From: Chiloscyllium plagiosum
Lineage: Eukaryota
Direction of reading: 5' to 3'
Length of the DNA stretch: 62,280 bases
NCBI RefSeq assembly: GCF_004010195.1
Contig: NC_057711.1
Coordinates: 83,187,568-83,249,847, forward strand
Shown: positions 37,801-47,365 of the stretch, in pieces
Position numbering within the stretch: position 1 is the first letter of the stretch
Layout: the number at the start of each line of letters is the position of its first letter
The notes under the pieces: generated by a model
Told to the model about the DNA's origin: nothing
The model's input: only the letters and a program-made list of their open reading frames with translations
Database searches by the model: none
Position numbers and translations under genes: made by a program

Positions 37801-40800
37801 CTGACACCTGGGGAGTTCCACCAAAAACCTTACTCCAGCATGAAAAATACCCATTCAACATCACTCTTCATTTCTCATCCTTTGGCTAATTTTTTTTCCA
37901 TGTTGCTATTATCCCTTCCATTCTCAAATACATAAGTTTTGTCACAATCAGTTGTGCGGCATTGTGTCAAATGCCTTCTGAAAGTCCATGCACACCAGCC
38001 TTCCTCTCCAAATCTTTTTATTACCTCTTGAAAAAACTCCAGAATATTAGGTAGACACAATTTTTCCTTAATATATCCATGCTGATTCTTCTGAATAAAT
38101 CCACATTATTCTGCTGGACTAACAATTCGATCATGGATAATTTCTAAGGGTTTACCCATCTCTGAGGTTAAACTGAGTGATCTGTAGTTAGGAGGGCAAC
38201 CTTTACAGCATTTTTGAACAAGGCCATAATGTTTACAATTCGCTCATTCTCTGTCACCATCTCCAAAGCCAGGGAGGATTGAAAGGAGTTGCCAGTCCCT
38301 TTGCAATTTCTATTCTCACTTTCTTCAATATCTTGGGGTGTATCTCATTCAATTCCAATGCCTTGTCAACTTTTAAGCATCGACTTATGCAATAGCTCCT
38401 CCTTATAAATTATAAATTGATCTCGACTGAGTTTCTTCCTTTGTCACTATGGGCTACATATAATCTTCCCAGTAGGTAAAGACAAATGAAATGTATTAAC
38501 ATCTCAACTTTGCCTTTTGTATCTGTACATAAATCCGTTTATTGCTCCCTAATCAGTTCAACTTCTCTTTTACTATTGTGGAAGACTTTTGGCATTTCCC
38601 TTTATGTTAGCTACCAGTCTTTTTTCAGAGAGTTCTTTGCTAATATTTACTTTTAAGCCTCTCTTTTCAAACTTCCATGTTCAGTTTGTTTTTCAACTGT
38701 ATTTATGTAAACATCGTCACACTTTTACTTCTTTAATTGCTGTCTCATTTGTCATCAAGGAAGTTCTGGATTTGTTTAATCTACCCTTTCCTTTTAAGGG
38801 AATATACCTAATAATATCCTATTTTAAAGTAACTCATTGCTCAGCTATTATTTTTCTCAGGGAAAAGTGAGGACCGCAGTGCTGGAGCTCAGAGTCGGGG
38901 GTGGGGTGTTGGAAAAGCAAAGCAGGTCAGGCAGCATCCAAGGAGCAGGAAAACTAGGAGAAAGTGAGGACTGCAGATGCTGGAGATCCTGATGAAGGGC
39001 TCTTGCCTGAAACATCGATTTTCCTGCTCATCAGATGCTGCCTGACCTGCTGTGCTTTTCCAGCACCCACTCTTGACTATTATTTTCTCACCAAACTTTG
39101 GTTCTAGTCTCCCTGTCTCAGCTGTCTTCATGCCCTCACTGAAATCTGCTTTCCACCAGATGATTACTCTTACACTGGATTGACCAATGTCATCTTCTCA
39201 CATTATCCTAAACCTTATGAACTTATGAACTGTTCCCCACATGCTCTGCCACTGTCACTTGAGATACTTCTGAATTTCTGCAGTGCATCTTTAGATAGTA
39301 CACACACTTTTGCTATTGAGCGTCAATGGTAGAGAGTGTGGATGCTTGTGGATGTGGTGCCAATCAAGCAGGGGGCTTTATCCTGGATGGTGTCAGGCTT
39401 CTTGAACTTTGGAGCTGCATTCATCCAGGCAAACGGAGAATATTCCATCAGACTTATGCTTTGTAGATGGTACACAGGCTTTGAGGAATCAGAAGGTGAG
39501 TTATTCGCCACAGTATTTTAGCCTCTTACCTGGTTTTGCAGCCACTGTATTAATACAGCAAGTTTACTTGAGTTTGTGGACAATGGTAATCCCAAGGACA
39601 TTGATAGTGTGGGATTCAGTGATGGTAACAACATTGAATGTCAGGGGGTGGTGGTTAAAATATCTGTCATTGGAGATGGTCACTGCCTGGCATTTGTGTC
39701 ACACAAATGTTACTTGCCACTTTTCTGCCCAAGCTTGGATGTTGTCCAGATCTTGTTGCATTTGAACATGGACAACTGCAGTATGTGAGGAGTTGTGAAT
39801 GTACTAAATATTATACATTCATTGGCAAACATCTCCATTTCTCACCTTGTGATGGAGGGAAGGCCATTGATGAAGCAGCTGTAGATAGTTAGGCCTAAGT
39901 TACCTATCTGAGGAACTCCTGAAGAGATGTCCTGAGGCTGAGATGATTGGAATCCAATAGCCACAACCATCTTCCCATGTGCAGGTATGACTCCAACCAG
40001 TTGAGAGTTTGCCCCTGATGCCCATTGATTCCAGTTTTGCTTGGACTCCTTGATGCTGTACTTGGCTGAATGTAAGCTTGATGCTGAGGGCTGTCACTCT
40101 CACCTCATTAGTGTACGTAATCACGAATAGCACCTTTGTTCTTTTAAAACTGACAAAGTAATGATTTGCATGTTTGTTACTATTTGGTCCATTCATTTGG
40201 ACTACAGAGAATTTAGGAATTACGTAACTGTAGATAGTGTACCACCCCCTTAAGCAGGACGTCTGGGTGCCTGCCTGCAAAGCAGGTCTCCAAATTTCCC
40301 TTCCCGGTGTCCAGGACATAGTCCGGCAGTTCCGACATGGCAGTTCTTATCCGGGAGCACAATGATCTCTCAAAGATGCCAGGGATACTGGTCAATTCCT
40401 GGCCACGGTAGCAGTAGTGAGTTGTTCTGTGAGTTGTTCAGTTTACCAGTACATGGTAAAATGGGGATAGAATAGGGTGAGAGGACTATTATATGGGTGG
40501 GGTAAGTTGTTAATGAAGCAAGTTTGGTATGATACTGCAGGGAAACTTATTCAGCCGTGCAACAAAAAACCCTTCTTAAAAACTGACTGCAACTGGCACT
40601 TGGCCAAAAACAAGCAAGATTTAGCCTCATGAGTTTTCCATACTCTGTAACTGAATAGAGTAATAAACCTGAAATAATGAAATTACCACCAATTTATAGT
40701 ACACAACAGAGCACTAATCTTCATTAGCCCATAAAGAGTGATGACAATGTATTTCATTATGTATAAAGTAAGCCAGTGTTGCCAGTGATAAAATGTTGAT

Positions 40801-43800
40801 GTCCCTGTTACCTTAATTTAGGAAATAAGTGTGGCTTATGGCATAATGTTGACTAATGTGAGTCATCCATGTTGTATTGTCAGCATGTTCTGATGACTTC
40901 AATTTGTCCAGATCTCAAAGCAGCACTGAGTATTCAGAGCTCTATGTGTGAATAGCTGATATGATTTCACATATGCAGGCATCCTCTGTGGGAATTTGAA
41001 CAGGTTTTTAGATGCTGGTTTGGAGATGTGAGAGTGAACAAAGCCAGCTGGTGTCAACGACCTGTTCCTGCCTTTACTTGCTTTATTACAAGTGGACTGA
41101 TTCCTCTGCTGACAAGTTGTAGATCAACAGTGGGAAACCAATTAAGATAATTTAGAAAGTAAATCTTCCTACCAAAATACAATTTTTACAGTGGTGCATG
41201 GGCCCTATGCTGTCTGCAGACCTTGTATATTAAGAAGAGGGGAGAGCACAGCAGAAGATCAAGGTAGAATGAGAAAATACTCAATCTGACCATTTCATTG
41301 GTGCAAGCCTGAATGCATCCATGGACAGGGGCTTGTCCTTGCATGGACGACATGTGGGCACTACTCTCTCAGTCCATGATCATGGTATATACATATTGTC
41401 AGTTCCCTCAGACTTTCCTTGCAGCTGTTTCACTTAATCATCCCATGAGGCTGGCTTAAACCTCAGACACAGCCTGCCAATCCAGCTGTGGTGGTGCACG
41501 TTTGACTTTCCTTCCAGCTCAGCTACTTGCCATTCTGAATCAAACTCTGAGGCAGCTGCATCTCGGTTCCCTTCCAGAAAATTGATCCTGAAGATGTGCC
41601 GCTCTGACAGGCAGGTAACAGATCCATGAATGCTCACAGTGACTGAAAATACTCTGTGTCCTGGACTCAGCCCTTCAGCTTGTAAAGAAAGTACAAATAC
41701 CATTTGCACCTCTATTCATGTCATACACATTACCAAGAAGCATGCAGATTTGACTTTTGCCAAGAGTTGATGGAGGGTGGGTCTAAGAACTAGCACCAAC
41801 AGGTCAGTTTTTAGATACTTTAACAAACCTGTTCAGATGAGTTATGACCCATCTCTGATGCAAGTGGGATTTGAACATAGTGACATCACCACTGTGCACC
41901 TAGACCACTTCAACTCGATTTTTATACTTGCCATACATTGGATGGGCAGTAGGATGATGGATTGGAGTACTTGCCCAATGTCATCAGCAAGACACCTGGC
42001 CCCAGAAATTTGGCAGTGTCCATTCTTGGGCATCTTTCCATAGACTGCTAAGAACCCACACTCAAATTGGGAGGACTGAAGAGTCTGAGATTTGGGGTTT
42101 TATCATGTGTATTGTATATCATTAGGATCCACACAGGTTCATGCACCAATTTTATTGTACGTGCTGGGAGTAAGATTGCGGGGCTTTGTATGGCTGGCCT
42201 CAAAGTGCGATGGAAGTGCTGTCAGGAGTCGAGGAAGAAGGGCTGCTGTGTTTTTGGGAACCCAAGAGCGCCATCAGAATAAGGTGCTTGGAGGACAAGC
42301 CTGGGTCTGAGGAAGAGATTGAGGAGACTGCCACAAAAACCAGATTTACAGGATGTGAGGTCAGAGCTCTCTGGACCAAGTGATGCACTGATGATAGTAT
42401 ACTTATTATTTTTAAATTATTGTGTTGTTTAGCGTTGTTTTTCCCAGAGATAATCAACACTGTCATATCCTGCTGTCGGTGCAAAATGGACTAGAAATGG
42501 ATATTAGATCACGTGTTTGCATAGTACAATGACTGGCTTCGGGCATGGATAAAGGGCATCTATTTATTTAGTTTTCTACCAAGTGCTTCTGGAGTCCCTA
42601 GAAATCAGTGTGTGGTTCTGAATCTGTAGCCAGTGTTCAGTTTTATTTAAAGAGAGAATGCTGATGTTTTCTGAGTACCATTGGGCTGGGGAAATGGCAA
42701 GTCTGTAGGGTCATCAGTTGAGCATGGACCTACAGAAAAGTTAAAAGCTGGCTTGATAGGGCATTGAGAGCATCATTAAAGAGGCTGTAAGCAACAAGAA
42801 AAGGAGAAGCATATACGGTTGAACTGCTGTCCATAAGATAACAAATTAATTACATTTTATTATTTCACAAGATCTTTAGTGTGAGTTTTAAAAGAGATAT
42901 TGGTTCTAGCTATTTCTGTTTCCTTGAAATGAAACATTGTAATATAAGAACAGTCCGAACAGGAATAGGACATCCAATCTGCAAGTCTATTTCACCATTT
43001 AATAAGATCATGATTGATCTGTATCTCAACAATTTCATCTTATTTCCAAATCCCTCAATACCTTTGCCAGCAAAAATATATGCATTTTTGTTCCAAAATT
43101 TCTGTATTCCAGCATTCTCAGCATTTTAGGTGAGGGTGGAGTGATCGGATCAAGTGCTCAGCAGGTGATGTGCACCAAGAAATATCAAAGGACACACAAT
43201 TCTTATTAAATAATGAAACTTCTGCCCAGTTAGATGCCTAAATAGGGTTCTGCACAATATAACAATAGGCAGGCTCAGCTGGGAAGTCAGTGATCCATTT
43301 ACTTTTGTCATTTTTATCCAACTGTTGCCTTTCTCTCACTGTACAATGTCAGGTACAGTAATTAAAATTAGGCCTTTGGCACATCCTTCACAACCCTGAT
43401 ATACTCAAAATACAGTTACAATAAAGCTGAGGACACGCTAAAGCACTGTGCACAGTTGGAATTCAATATTCAGCTACTATTTCAGAGACACATTTGTCTA
43501 CATTTCAGAACCTTTGCCAGGCCTGAGACAATTTGTCTAATCTAACAAAGCCAAGGGTATGATCTCTGGCTTGAGGCATTCCTGGAGGTTTAAGCACATG
43601 ATCGCATGATATTGGAAAATGGTATTTATTACTTTTTATAGTTGTAAACCTTTGCTTATTGATTTTTTGCCTGTGTGAGAAATCCCAAGTGCTAGTGGCT
43701 AAAGAAGAAACATCAAAGGCAGGGAAAAGGGGAAACCTAACAGAGGAGTTCCTTGCAAGGATGGGGGATATCCAAAGTTGAAAATAACACTTATTCCACT

Positions 43801-44507
43801 AGAATTTCATTTAGAGTTTAGAATTTTAAAAGATCTAGAAAATAATATTATAAAATATATTAAAAACATTGAAGGGACAGTTTTAAGCCTGCCCAATTGG
43901 CTGAAACCAGACAGTCGGGAATTAAAATGCCTTGAGTTACTTACCAGGATTACATCATCTTCCTAAACAGGTGGCATGGACACTCACCAAAGCCAAAGGG
44001 GATTTTATAAATGTATATGTATGTTCTGTGTGATGGCATCTTTCACATCCTTTCTCAATTTTAACTCTGGCCTGAAAATTCATGCCAATCCAGGTCACAT
44101 AGTAACCGATCCCAGAGAAAGTCATACAGTGAGCTTTCTTGCTTTTGTGAGGAACAGGAACGGGAATGCAGGACTTCATTTGTCCCAGATGAACTCTCCC
44201 CCGCCGTCTTCCCCAACCTGCCCGCTCGCCCCACCAGCCCTTTAACTAGTGTAAAATTCTTTAGTAAACAAGAATAACTTAAGTATATTTTACAGCACAG
44301 TCAACAGTCTACACTTACAGAATAAGACAGGATATTTAAGGATTATGTACAGTCAAATTTTAAAGAAAATATTCATGTTTTCTAATATTAACATTCTTGT
44401 ATTTCAGGTATATGTTGTCGTTGGGGTTGCAGCTTTGGCATGCACTGGACTGATACTAATGCTAATAATTCTCAAGTTTGGAAAACACTCCAAGTTTGGA
44501 ATGAAAG
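10778..44507 (+). CDS. ntrk2: Partial multi-exon CDS of an NTRK2/TrkB-like neurotrophin receptor tyrosine kinase (ectodomain to transmembrane); exons 10778-10846, 14052-14209, 23587-23723, 24122-24257, 25496-25798, 30090-30122, 34277-34380, 44408-44507
   Basis: Eight AG/GT-bounded exons join in one open frame with compatible phases. The translation has Trk hallmarks: NPFxCSC, WCIPFSVTGNP, HGCLQLDNPTHLNNGNYTL and a TM followed by KHSKFGMKG. Trk family is secure; the exact paralog (NTRK2 or a TrkB-like sister gene) is not. Confidence 0.9.
11748..12033. mobile_element. Fold-back Penelope-derived element (family A): 119-bp inverted arms, 35-nt tail, 15-bp TSD
   Basis: Arms 11748-11866 and 11880-11998 are reverse complements with one mismatch (11816). 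TSD ctttttaatttgata at 11733-11747 and 12034-12048. Confidence 0.92.
11906..11941 (+). ncRNA. Minimal type I hammerhead ribozyme motif (family A)
   Basis: CUGAAGA-A-GGGC(UUAU)GCCC-GAAA-C-GUC. The conserved core is intact and stem III is the palindrome ACGU, but stem I (auuc/gauu) is weak. Confidence 0.7.
13726..13915. mobile_element. Old fold-back Penelope-derived element (family D), centre collapsed
   Basis: Imperfect inverted arms (tgtggagagaaagcag / ctgctttctctccac) surround gtcactggactgaaaacattaa, a remnant of HHR stem II and GAAA. Confidence 0.7.
14052..14209 (+). CDS. ntrk2: Trk exon, LRR C-terminal cysteine cluster (ILTENPFLCSCGIAWIQLWQ...LTC...IPDC)
   Basis: tcctccag|G...TGTG|gtactg, 158 nt, inside ORF 14005..14268. 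Has the NPFxCxC...C...C LRRCT pattern. Confidence 0.92.
17350..17930. repeat. Purine/G-rich degenerate low-complexity repeat
   Basis: Recurrent gtgccagatg / gatggcagatggt units and G runs. Confidence 0.5.
18550..18584 (-). ncRNA. Minimal type I hammerhead ribozyme motif (family C) in the inverted pLTR
   Basis: The minus strand reads CAC-CUGAUGA-A-AGAGC(AGU)GCUCU-GAAA-A-UUA-GUG. Stems I and II pair and stem III is the palindrome AAUU. Confidence 0.7.
18986..19015. other. Assembly gap next to a (TG)n microsatellite
   Basis: Run of 30 N. Confidence 1.
19237..19914 (+). pseudogene. C-terminal GIY-YIG endonuclease fragment of a Penelope-like element
   Basis: ORF contains FKQPPNLKQ, YSCDSADIVYFIHC, WYIGKIEQRLRQEMNGHR and E.WLIAKF....GLNRD. 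Confidence 0.85.
20489..20523 (+). ncRNA. Degenerate hammerhead motif (family C)
   Basis: CAC-CUGAUGA-A-guagcagcacuuu-GAAA-GCUA-AUG. Core boxes are intact but stems I and II are mismatched. Confidence 0.5.
21950..22700 (+). mobile_element. Decayed CR1 LINE ORF1 (esterase-like) region
   Basis: GEDLVIILQVRSNKIGRTRSDILWKDFEEFGCKLK resembles the SGNH-like VVVHVGTNDIG...LG.KLK of CR1 ORF1. Confidence 0.5.
23587..23723 (+). CDS. ntrk2: Trk exon, Ig-like domain 1 first half (ELPKASVNITNVTVIEGGEAAIQCTALGHPIPTVDWQNRILYSTYQ)
   Basis: ttttacag|AG...CAG|gtataa, 137 nt, phase 1-0. Has the NxTVxEG...C...GxPxPxxxW motif. Confidence 0.92.
24122..24257 (+). CDS. ntrk2: Trk exon, Ig-like domain 1 second half (SAETSRPPIILKLSNISGVDNGQQLICTAENIVGESKAFVNLTVL)
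   Basis: tcttcatag|TCA...CTCT|gtaagt, 136 nt, phase 0-1. Has the LxNIS...CxAENxVG...VNLTV motif. The neighbouring AGs 4 and 7 nt downstream would be out of frame. Confidence 0.92.
25496..25798 (+). CDS. ntrk2: Trk exon, Ig-like domain 2 (neurotrophin-binding domain d5)
   Basis: tctctccag|TT...TCAG|gtaagt, 303 nt. Translates FPPRIILLGEAIPDHRWCIPFSVTGNPPPKIQW...HGCLQLDNPTHLNNGNYTL...AHFM. Confidence 0.96.
27768..27850 (-). mobile_element. Single-arm fragment of the family A element with a truncated HHR
   Basis: The minus strand reads gaagggcctgtgcccgaaacgtcgaatctcctgttccctggatgctgcc. The CUGA box is cut off. Confidence 0.8.
29502..29829 (+). mobile_element. tRNA-derived SINE (HE1/V-SINE type)
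   Basis: gtggcacagtggttagcactgctgcctcacagcgcc head, B-box gggttcaattcc and (taatc)n tail. Confidence 0.9.
30090..30122 (+). CDS. ntrk2: Trk 33-nt extracellular juxtamembrane micro-exon (GNEPITDPGFY)
   Basis: aatttag|GC...TATG|gtaagt, phase 1-1. Same position and similar content as the TrkB GANPNYPDVIYE micro-exon. Confidence 0.8.
30240..30279 (-). ncRNA. Mutated hammerhead copy (family B) in the inverted pLTR
   Basis: The minus strand reads GCA-CUGAGGG...GAC-GAAG-C-GUC-UGC, with two A>G changes in the core. Probably inactive. Confidence 0.65.
30480..31578 (+). pseudogene. Disrupted Penelope reverse transcriptase and endonuclease ORF
   Basis: Motifs VSFDVTALFTSI, YEQINGT, WVRYVD-TF (one catalytic Asp lost), LPFLDV, GYP.NF and QTGR.L..RIHEH...REFLEAWHS. 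Contains stops and internal deletions. Confidence 0.9.
31634..31673 (+). ncRNA. Intact minimal type I hammerhead ribozyme (family B); predicted cleavage after C31670
   Basis: GCA-CUGAGGA-U-GUCaCCU(AGAC)AGGgGAC-GAAA-C-GUC-UGC. All conserved core bases are present, stem I is GCA/UGC, stem II is paired and stem III is the palindrome ACGU. Confidence 0.85.
34277..34380 (+). CDS. ntrk2: Trk stalk exon (DAYDQFVDIFGVTSDNSTAIGPPNVTEKTMEDGIA)
   Basis: ttgcag|AT...GCT|gtaagt, 104 nt, phase 1-0. NVTEKT resembles TrkB DVTDKT, and the phase fits the TM exon. Confidence 0.85.
34403..34827 (+). mobile_element. CR1/HER1-type LINE 3' end
   Basis: LGLY.L..RRLRGDLIETYKI...TRGHSLK...FFTQRVVGVWNAL, followed by a (ctattgt)3 tail. 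Starts ~22 nt after the stalk-exon donor. Confidence 0.9.
34868..35460 (-). mobile_element. Old SINE (DeuSINE/SacSINE-like) interrupted by a family A element
   Basis: Reverse-complement tail ttgtatttatatag and tRNA-like head atgggacttgaatccacagcctctgactcagagg. A similar copy lies at 59130-59548. Confidence 0.55.
35221..35415. mobile_element. Fold-back Penelope-derived element (family A) with 14-bp TSD; HHR motif on the minus strand at ~35278-35314
   Basis: TSD cttgaatccacagc at 35207-35220 and 35416-35429. Perfect ~60-bp arms and the same tail as the 11748 copy. Minus strand reads CUGAAGA-A-GGGC(UAAU)GCCC-GAAA-C-GUC. Confidence 0.92.
35560..36540 (+). mobile_element. Decayed CR1/L2-clade LINE 3' portion
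   Basis: RT remnant LGP.IF...IND...IFADDCTI. Homologous inverted copy at 39322-40108 and 3' piece at 52915-53345. Confidence 0.75.
37210..39290 (-). mobile_element. Old CR1 LINE ORF2 remnant
   Basis: Minus-strand frames read W.KV.GG.PQ.SVLG, CL.N.LEFF.EV and D...LVEW.DKWQM.FNV. Confidence 0.8.
38860..39076. mobile_element. Older family A fold-back element with a duplicated tail; HHR motif on the + strand at 38984-39021
   Basis: TSD ctattattt(t)tctca at 38845-38859 and 39077-39090. HHR reads AGAUC-CUGAUGA-A-GGGC(UCUU)GCCU-GAAA-C-AUC-GAUUU. Confidence 0.85.
39322..40108 (-). mobile_element. Decayed CR1/L2-clade LINE fragment
   Basis: Reverse complement of the 35560-36180 family. Also contains WLESY and QGV..KL.SMGIRG RT remnants. 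Confidence 0.75.
44408..44507 (+). CDS. ntrk2: Trk transmembrane exon (VYVVVGVAALACTGLILMLIILKFGKHSKFGMK)
   Basis: atttcag|GTA...AAAG|gtaagg, 100 nt. Hydrophobic helix followed by the Trk HSKFGMKG motif. Confidence 0.96.
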
Positions 44508-45178
44508 GTAAGGCAGCCACAATCTTTCTAAAATGACATCTTGGAAATAAAATTCTATCCATGTTGAGTCGGGAGGTACCAGTTCAGTCAGCAACTGATA
44601 ATCATTGGAATTGGAATTTACTAACTGCATTCAACTGGTGCACTATTATCAAACCTCTACTCAATACATGAGTCAAATATTAAACGTAACACCTCATAGG
44701 TGTGTTGGATTTCATGCAAAGTTTTGCCAGTTATGTATGAATTTTCCTCTGTTATTTAATTCCAACTGAGCCAGGTGAACAATATTTAAAATTCATATGG
44801 AGGTTTAGGCAAATGTCACTTCCCTTCCCCTTCTAAAGGATGGAATGGATGACTCACAATTGATAAGTTACTTCATGTGGATAATAGTCACCTAAACCCA
44901 ATTGCTTCTGCTTTATGGTTTTCATCACTTCTTACCCAGATTGGTAAGTGCAAGGAAAGTAAATTGTGCCTCTTGGGGAATCAATTGTGCCTGAAAAAGT
45001 ATGCTTTACCTCAAAAGTAAGAACAAGATCACAAAAATAACAAGAAGAAAAGTGGAGAATCCTGTGTAGGTAATAACATTCGAGTTCAAGAAGGAGGTTG
45101 CAACATTATCAAATGTGTGGTGAAATAATTCCATAGAGGCCAGTATGCCATCATCATGTCAGCCTTTATTTACAAGTA

Positions 45179-46376
45179 CAGAGGAACCTCGATTATCCGA
45201 ATATGAATTATCCAAATTTCAGACTATCTGAAAAAGATCTCAAGGTCCCGATAGAAACATTACATCAAAGATTGCGTCTTTTGTTTACAATGACTAGAAG
45301 TGAAGTTGGCTTACTGAAATGCTGCCGAGAACCGTGCTGGACATCGATGGGAGATCAGGCACTGTCTCCAAATGACTGACCTCCTGCCCCTCTCTCTCTC
45401 TCTTCACACCTTCCCTGGAGTTCTACACAGGGATGTACCCGAAACCTCTCGTCCCCAGATCATTTTTCCAACATTGCCCTGTTCAGGGCAAAGGTGGAAC
45501 CTGTCAAAAGGTTGCAGTAAAAAGTTGTGTGTGTATATGTGTGTGCTATTTTGAGACTCCCCACCCCCCCCAAAGGCAGCAGCAGTCTTATTGTTGGTAT
45601 CCAGTCCGGCTGCCCTAGAGGGAGGGGGGTGGGAGGTGGCCAGGTCGGCAGGGGGAGGGGGGCACGGACGGGTGGCGGACAGTCGGTGGGGGCGTGGGCA
45701 GGCAGGGGAGCGTGGGGCATGTGAACGAGTGGGTGGGGCTGACAGGGGCGGTGTTGGATGGGATTGGGAGGCNNNNNNNNNNNNNNNNNNNNNNNNNNNN
45801 NNNNNNNNNNNNNNNNNNNNNNNNNNNNNNNNNNNNNNNNNNNNNNNNNNNNNNNNNNNNNNNNNNNNNNNNNNNNNNNNNNNNNNNNNNNNNNNNNNNN
45901 NNNNNNNNNNNNNNNNNNNNNNNNNNNNNNNNNNNNNNNNNNNNNNNNNNNNNNNNNNNNNNNNNNNNNNNNNNNNNNNNNNNNNNNNNNNNNNNNNNNN
46001 NNGGGGTTGAGGCGGACTGGGGAGTGGGGTCTCACGTGTGGTATGTTGCTGCATAGTCTCCTGAATGGGGAGCAGGCTGAGCAAGTACTCACTGTGTCAA
46101 TCCCATTGAACTGTTGTGGGGGAGAAACGGGGGGAGGGGTGGGGGGGTGGTTAGGTGGCTTCAGCACTGCTGCAGGTCTCTTACAGACAAGTGTGTGTCT
46201 GCTCAGAAACAAACCCTGAGATAGAGAGAGGGATGAATCCAGGCAGACTGAGAAAAAAACAAACTTCAGAAAACTCTGAGCCCCAGAGGAGAGGCATTGA
46301 ATCAATTAATCAAATAATCAATTATCCGAATGAAACAGTGCCCGCCCATCTCGTTTGGATATTCGAGGTTCCTCTT
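45179..46376. mobile_element. Tigger/mariner-like non-autonomous DNA transposon
   Basis: Terminal inverted repeats ta|cagaggaacctcgattatccga ... ttggatattcgaggttcctct. G-rich interior containing a gap. Confidence 0.8.
45773..46002. other. Assembly gap
   Basis: Run of N in G-rich sequence. Confidence 1.
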
Positions 46377-47136
46377 TCGAGAGCCCTTGAGACTGATCCA
46401 GCTCCCTCAGAACCAGCTCTCAGAGTGAACAGAACTTCTGACACACTTGTTTATATCTATCAGCCAGGGCTCCCTGATTAGATCAGATTAACAACCCCAA
46501 TCAGAGAACTAAGATCATATGAGGTTCACCTAGTTGAGCTTCTTACAATTACTACACCTAGTGGCTTAGCTCAAGGAGTGTAAGATCCTTATGTGACAAA
46601 ATCAAGGTGTTTTCTGTCCAGTATCAGTTGGTATGTATTATTTTTACTTTGAATAACCCAGTTCTAGCTTCTCGTTTCTGATAGTTCCTGCACCTCAGTA
46701 AATCAAATTCCAAGACCTGATTCTTGATGAAAAATTGGACCATGGCCATGACCATAATCAACCTTGCTCCAGCTTTACCGTTTGACTAGTCCAATTGTTT
46801 TATGTAAAAGATATGTGTCTGAGAAAGTCCAAATGTGGCTCGGAGAAGACTGGCAACCTTTCCCCTTCTGGGTGCTGTCCTAAAGCAAGCTAATATGTGT
46901 CCTCAAACATAACCACGATCCACAGATAAGATCATTTTCAATCCACTTAGTGTTGCACTTCTTTGACAGGTTATGAATGTACATTTAGGACTGAATTTTC
47001 GTGGAGTTAGGCCAACTCTGAAGGCCTTTAGAAATAGTGGGTGCTGTCTCCGAATTTTACTGGCAAGAGGAAAGGATCAGGCATGAAACACACATTTGAG
47101 AAGCTCAAATTCATCAGGGTCATTTACATGAGTAAA

Positions 47137-47365
47137 ATAGAACAAAGAACTGCAGATGCTGGAAATCTGAGTTTAAAACATAACTTGCTAGTGAAACTCA
47201 GCAGGACTGATGACATCTGTGGAGAAAAAACAAAGTTAACATTTCAAGTCCAGTGACTTTTCATTGGAATTGGTTCTGATGACGAATCATTGGATTTGAA
47301 AGACTAACTCTGCTTACTACTGAGAGATGCTGTCCAATCTGAGTTTTGCCAACAACTTCTGTGCT
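47137..47365. mobile_element. Old fold-back element (family D) with HHR remnants on both strands
   Basis: ggtt-CTGATGA-c-gaatc(attg)gattt-GAAA at 47272-47301, preceded by its decayed reverse complement. Confidence 0.7.

Larger units (their letters stand above)
45121..46556 (-). mobile_element. Solo Gypsy LTR (same family as 8422-8656) split by a DNA transposon
   Basis: 45121-45178 and ~46380-46556 are reverse complements of the two halves of the 8422 LTR (cagccagggctccctgatt, ctttatttaca, TG...CA ends). Confidence 0.8.

Noticed and set aside
45404..46305. Long ORFs spanning N runs (also 18846-19213 and 59851-60501)
   Set aside because: Artefacts of assembly gaps and low-complexity sequence.
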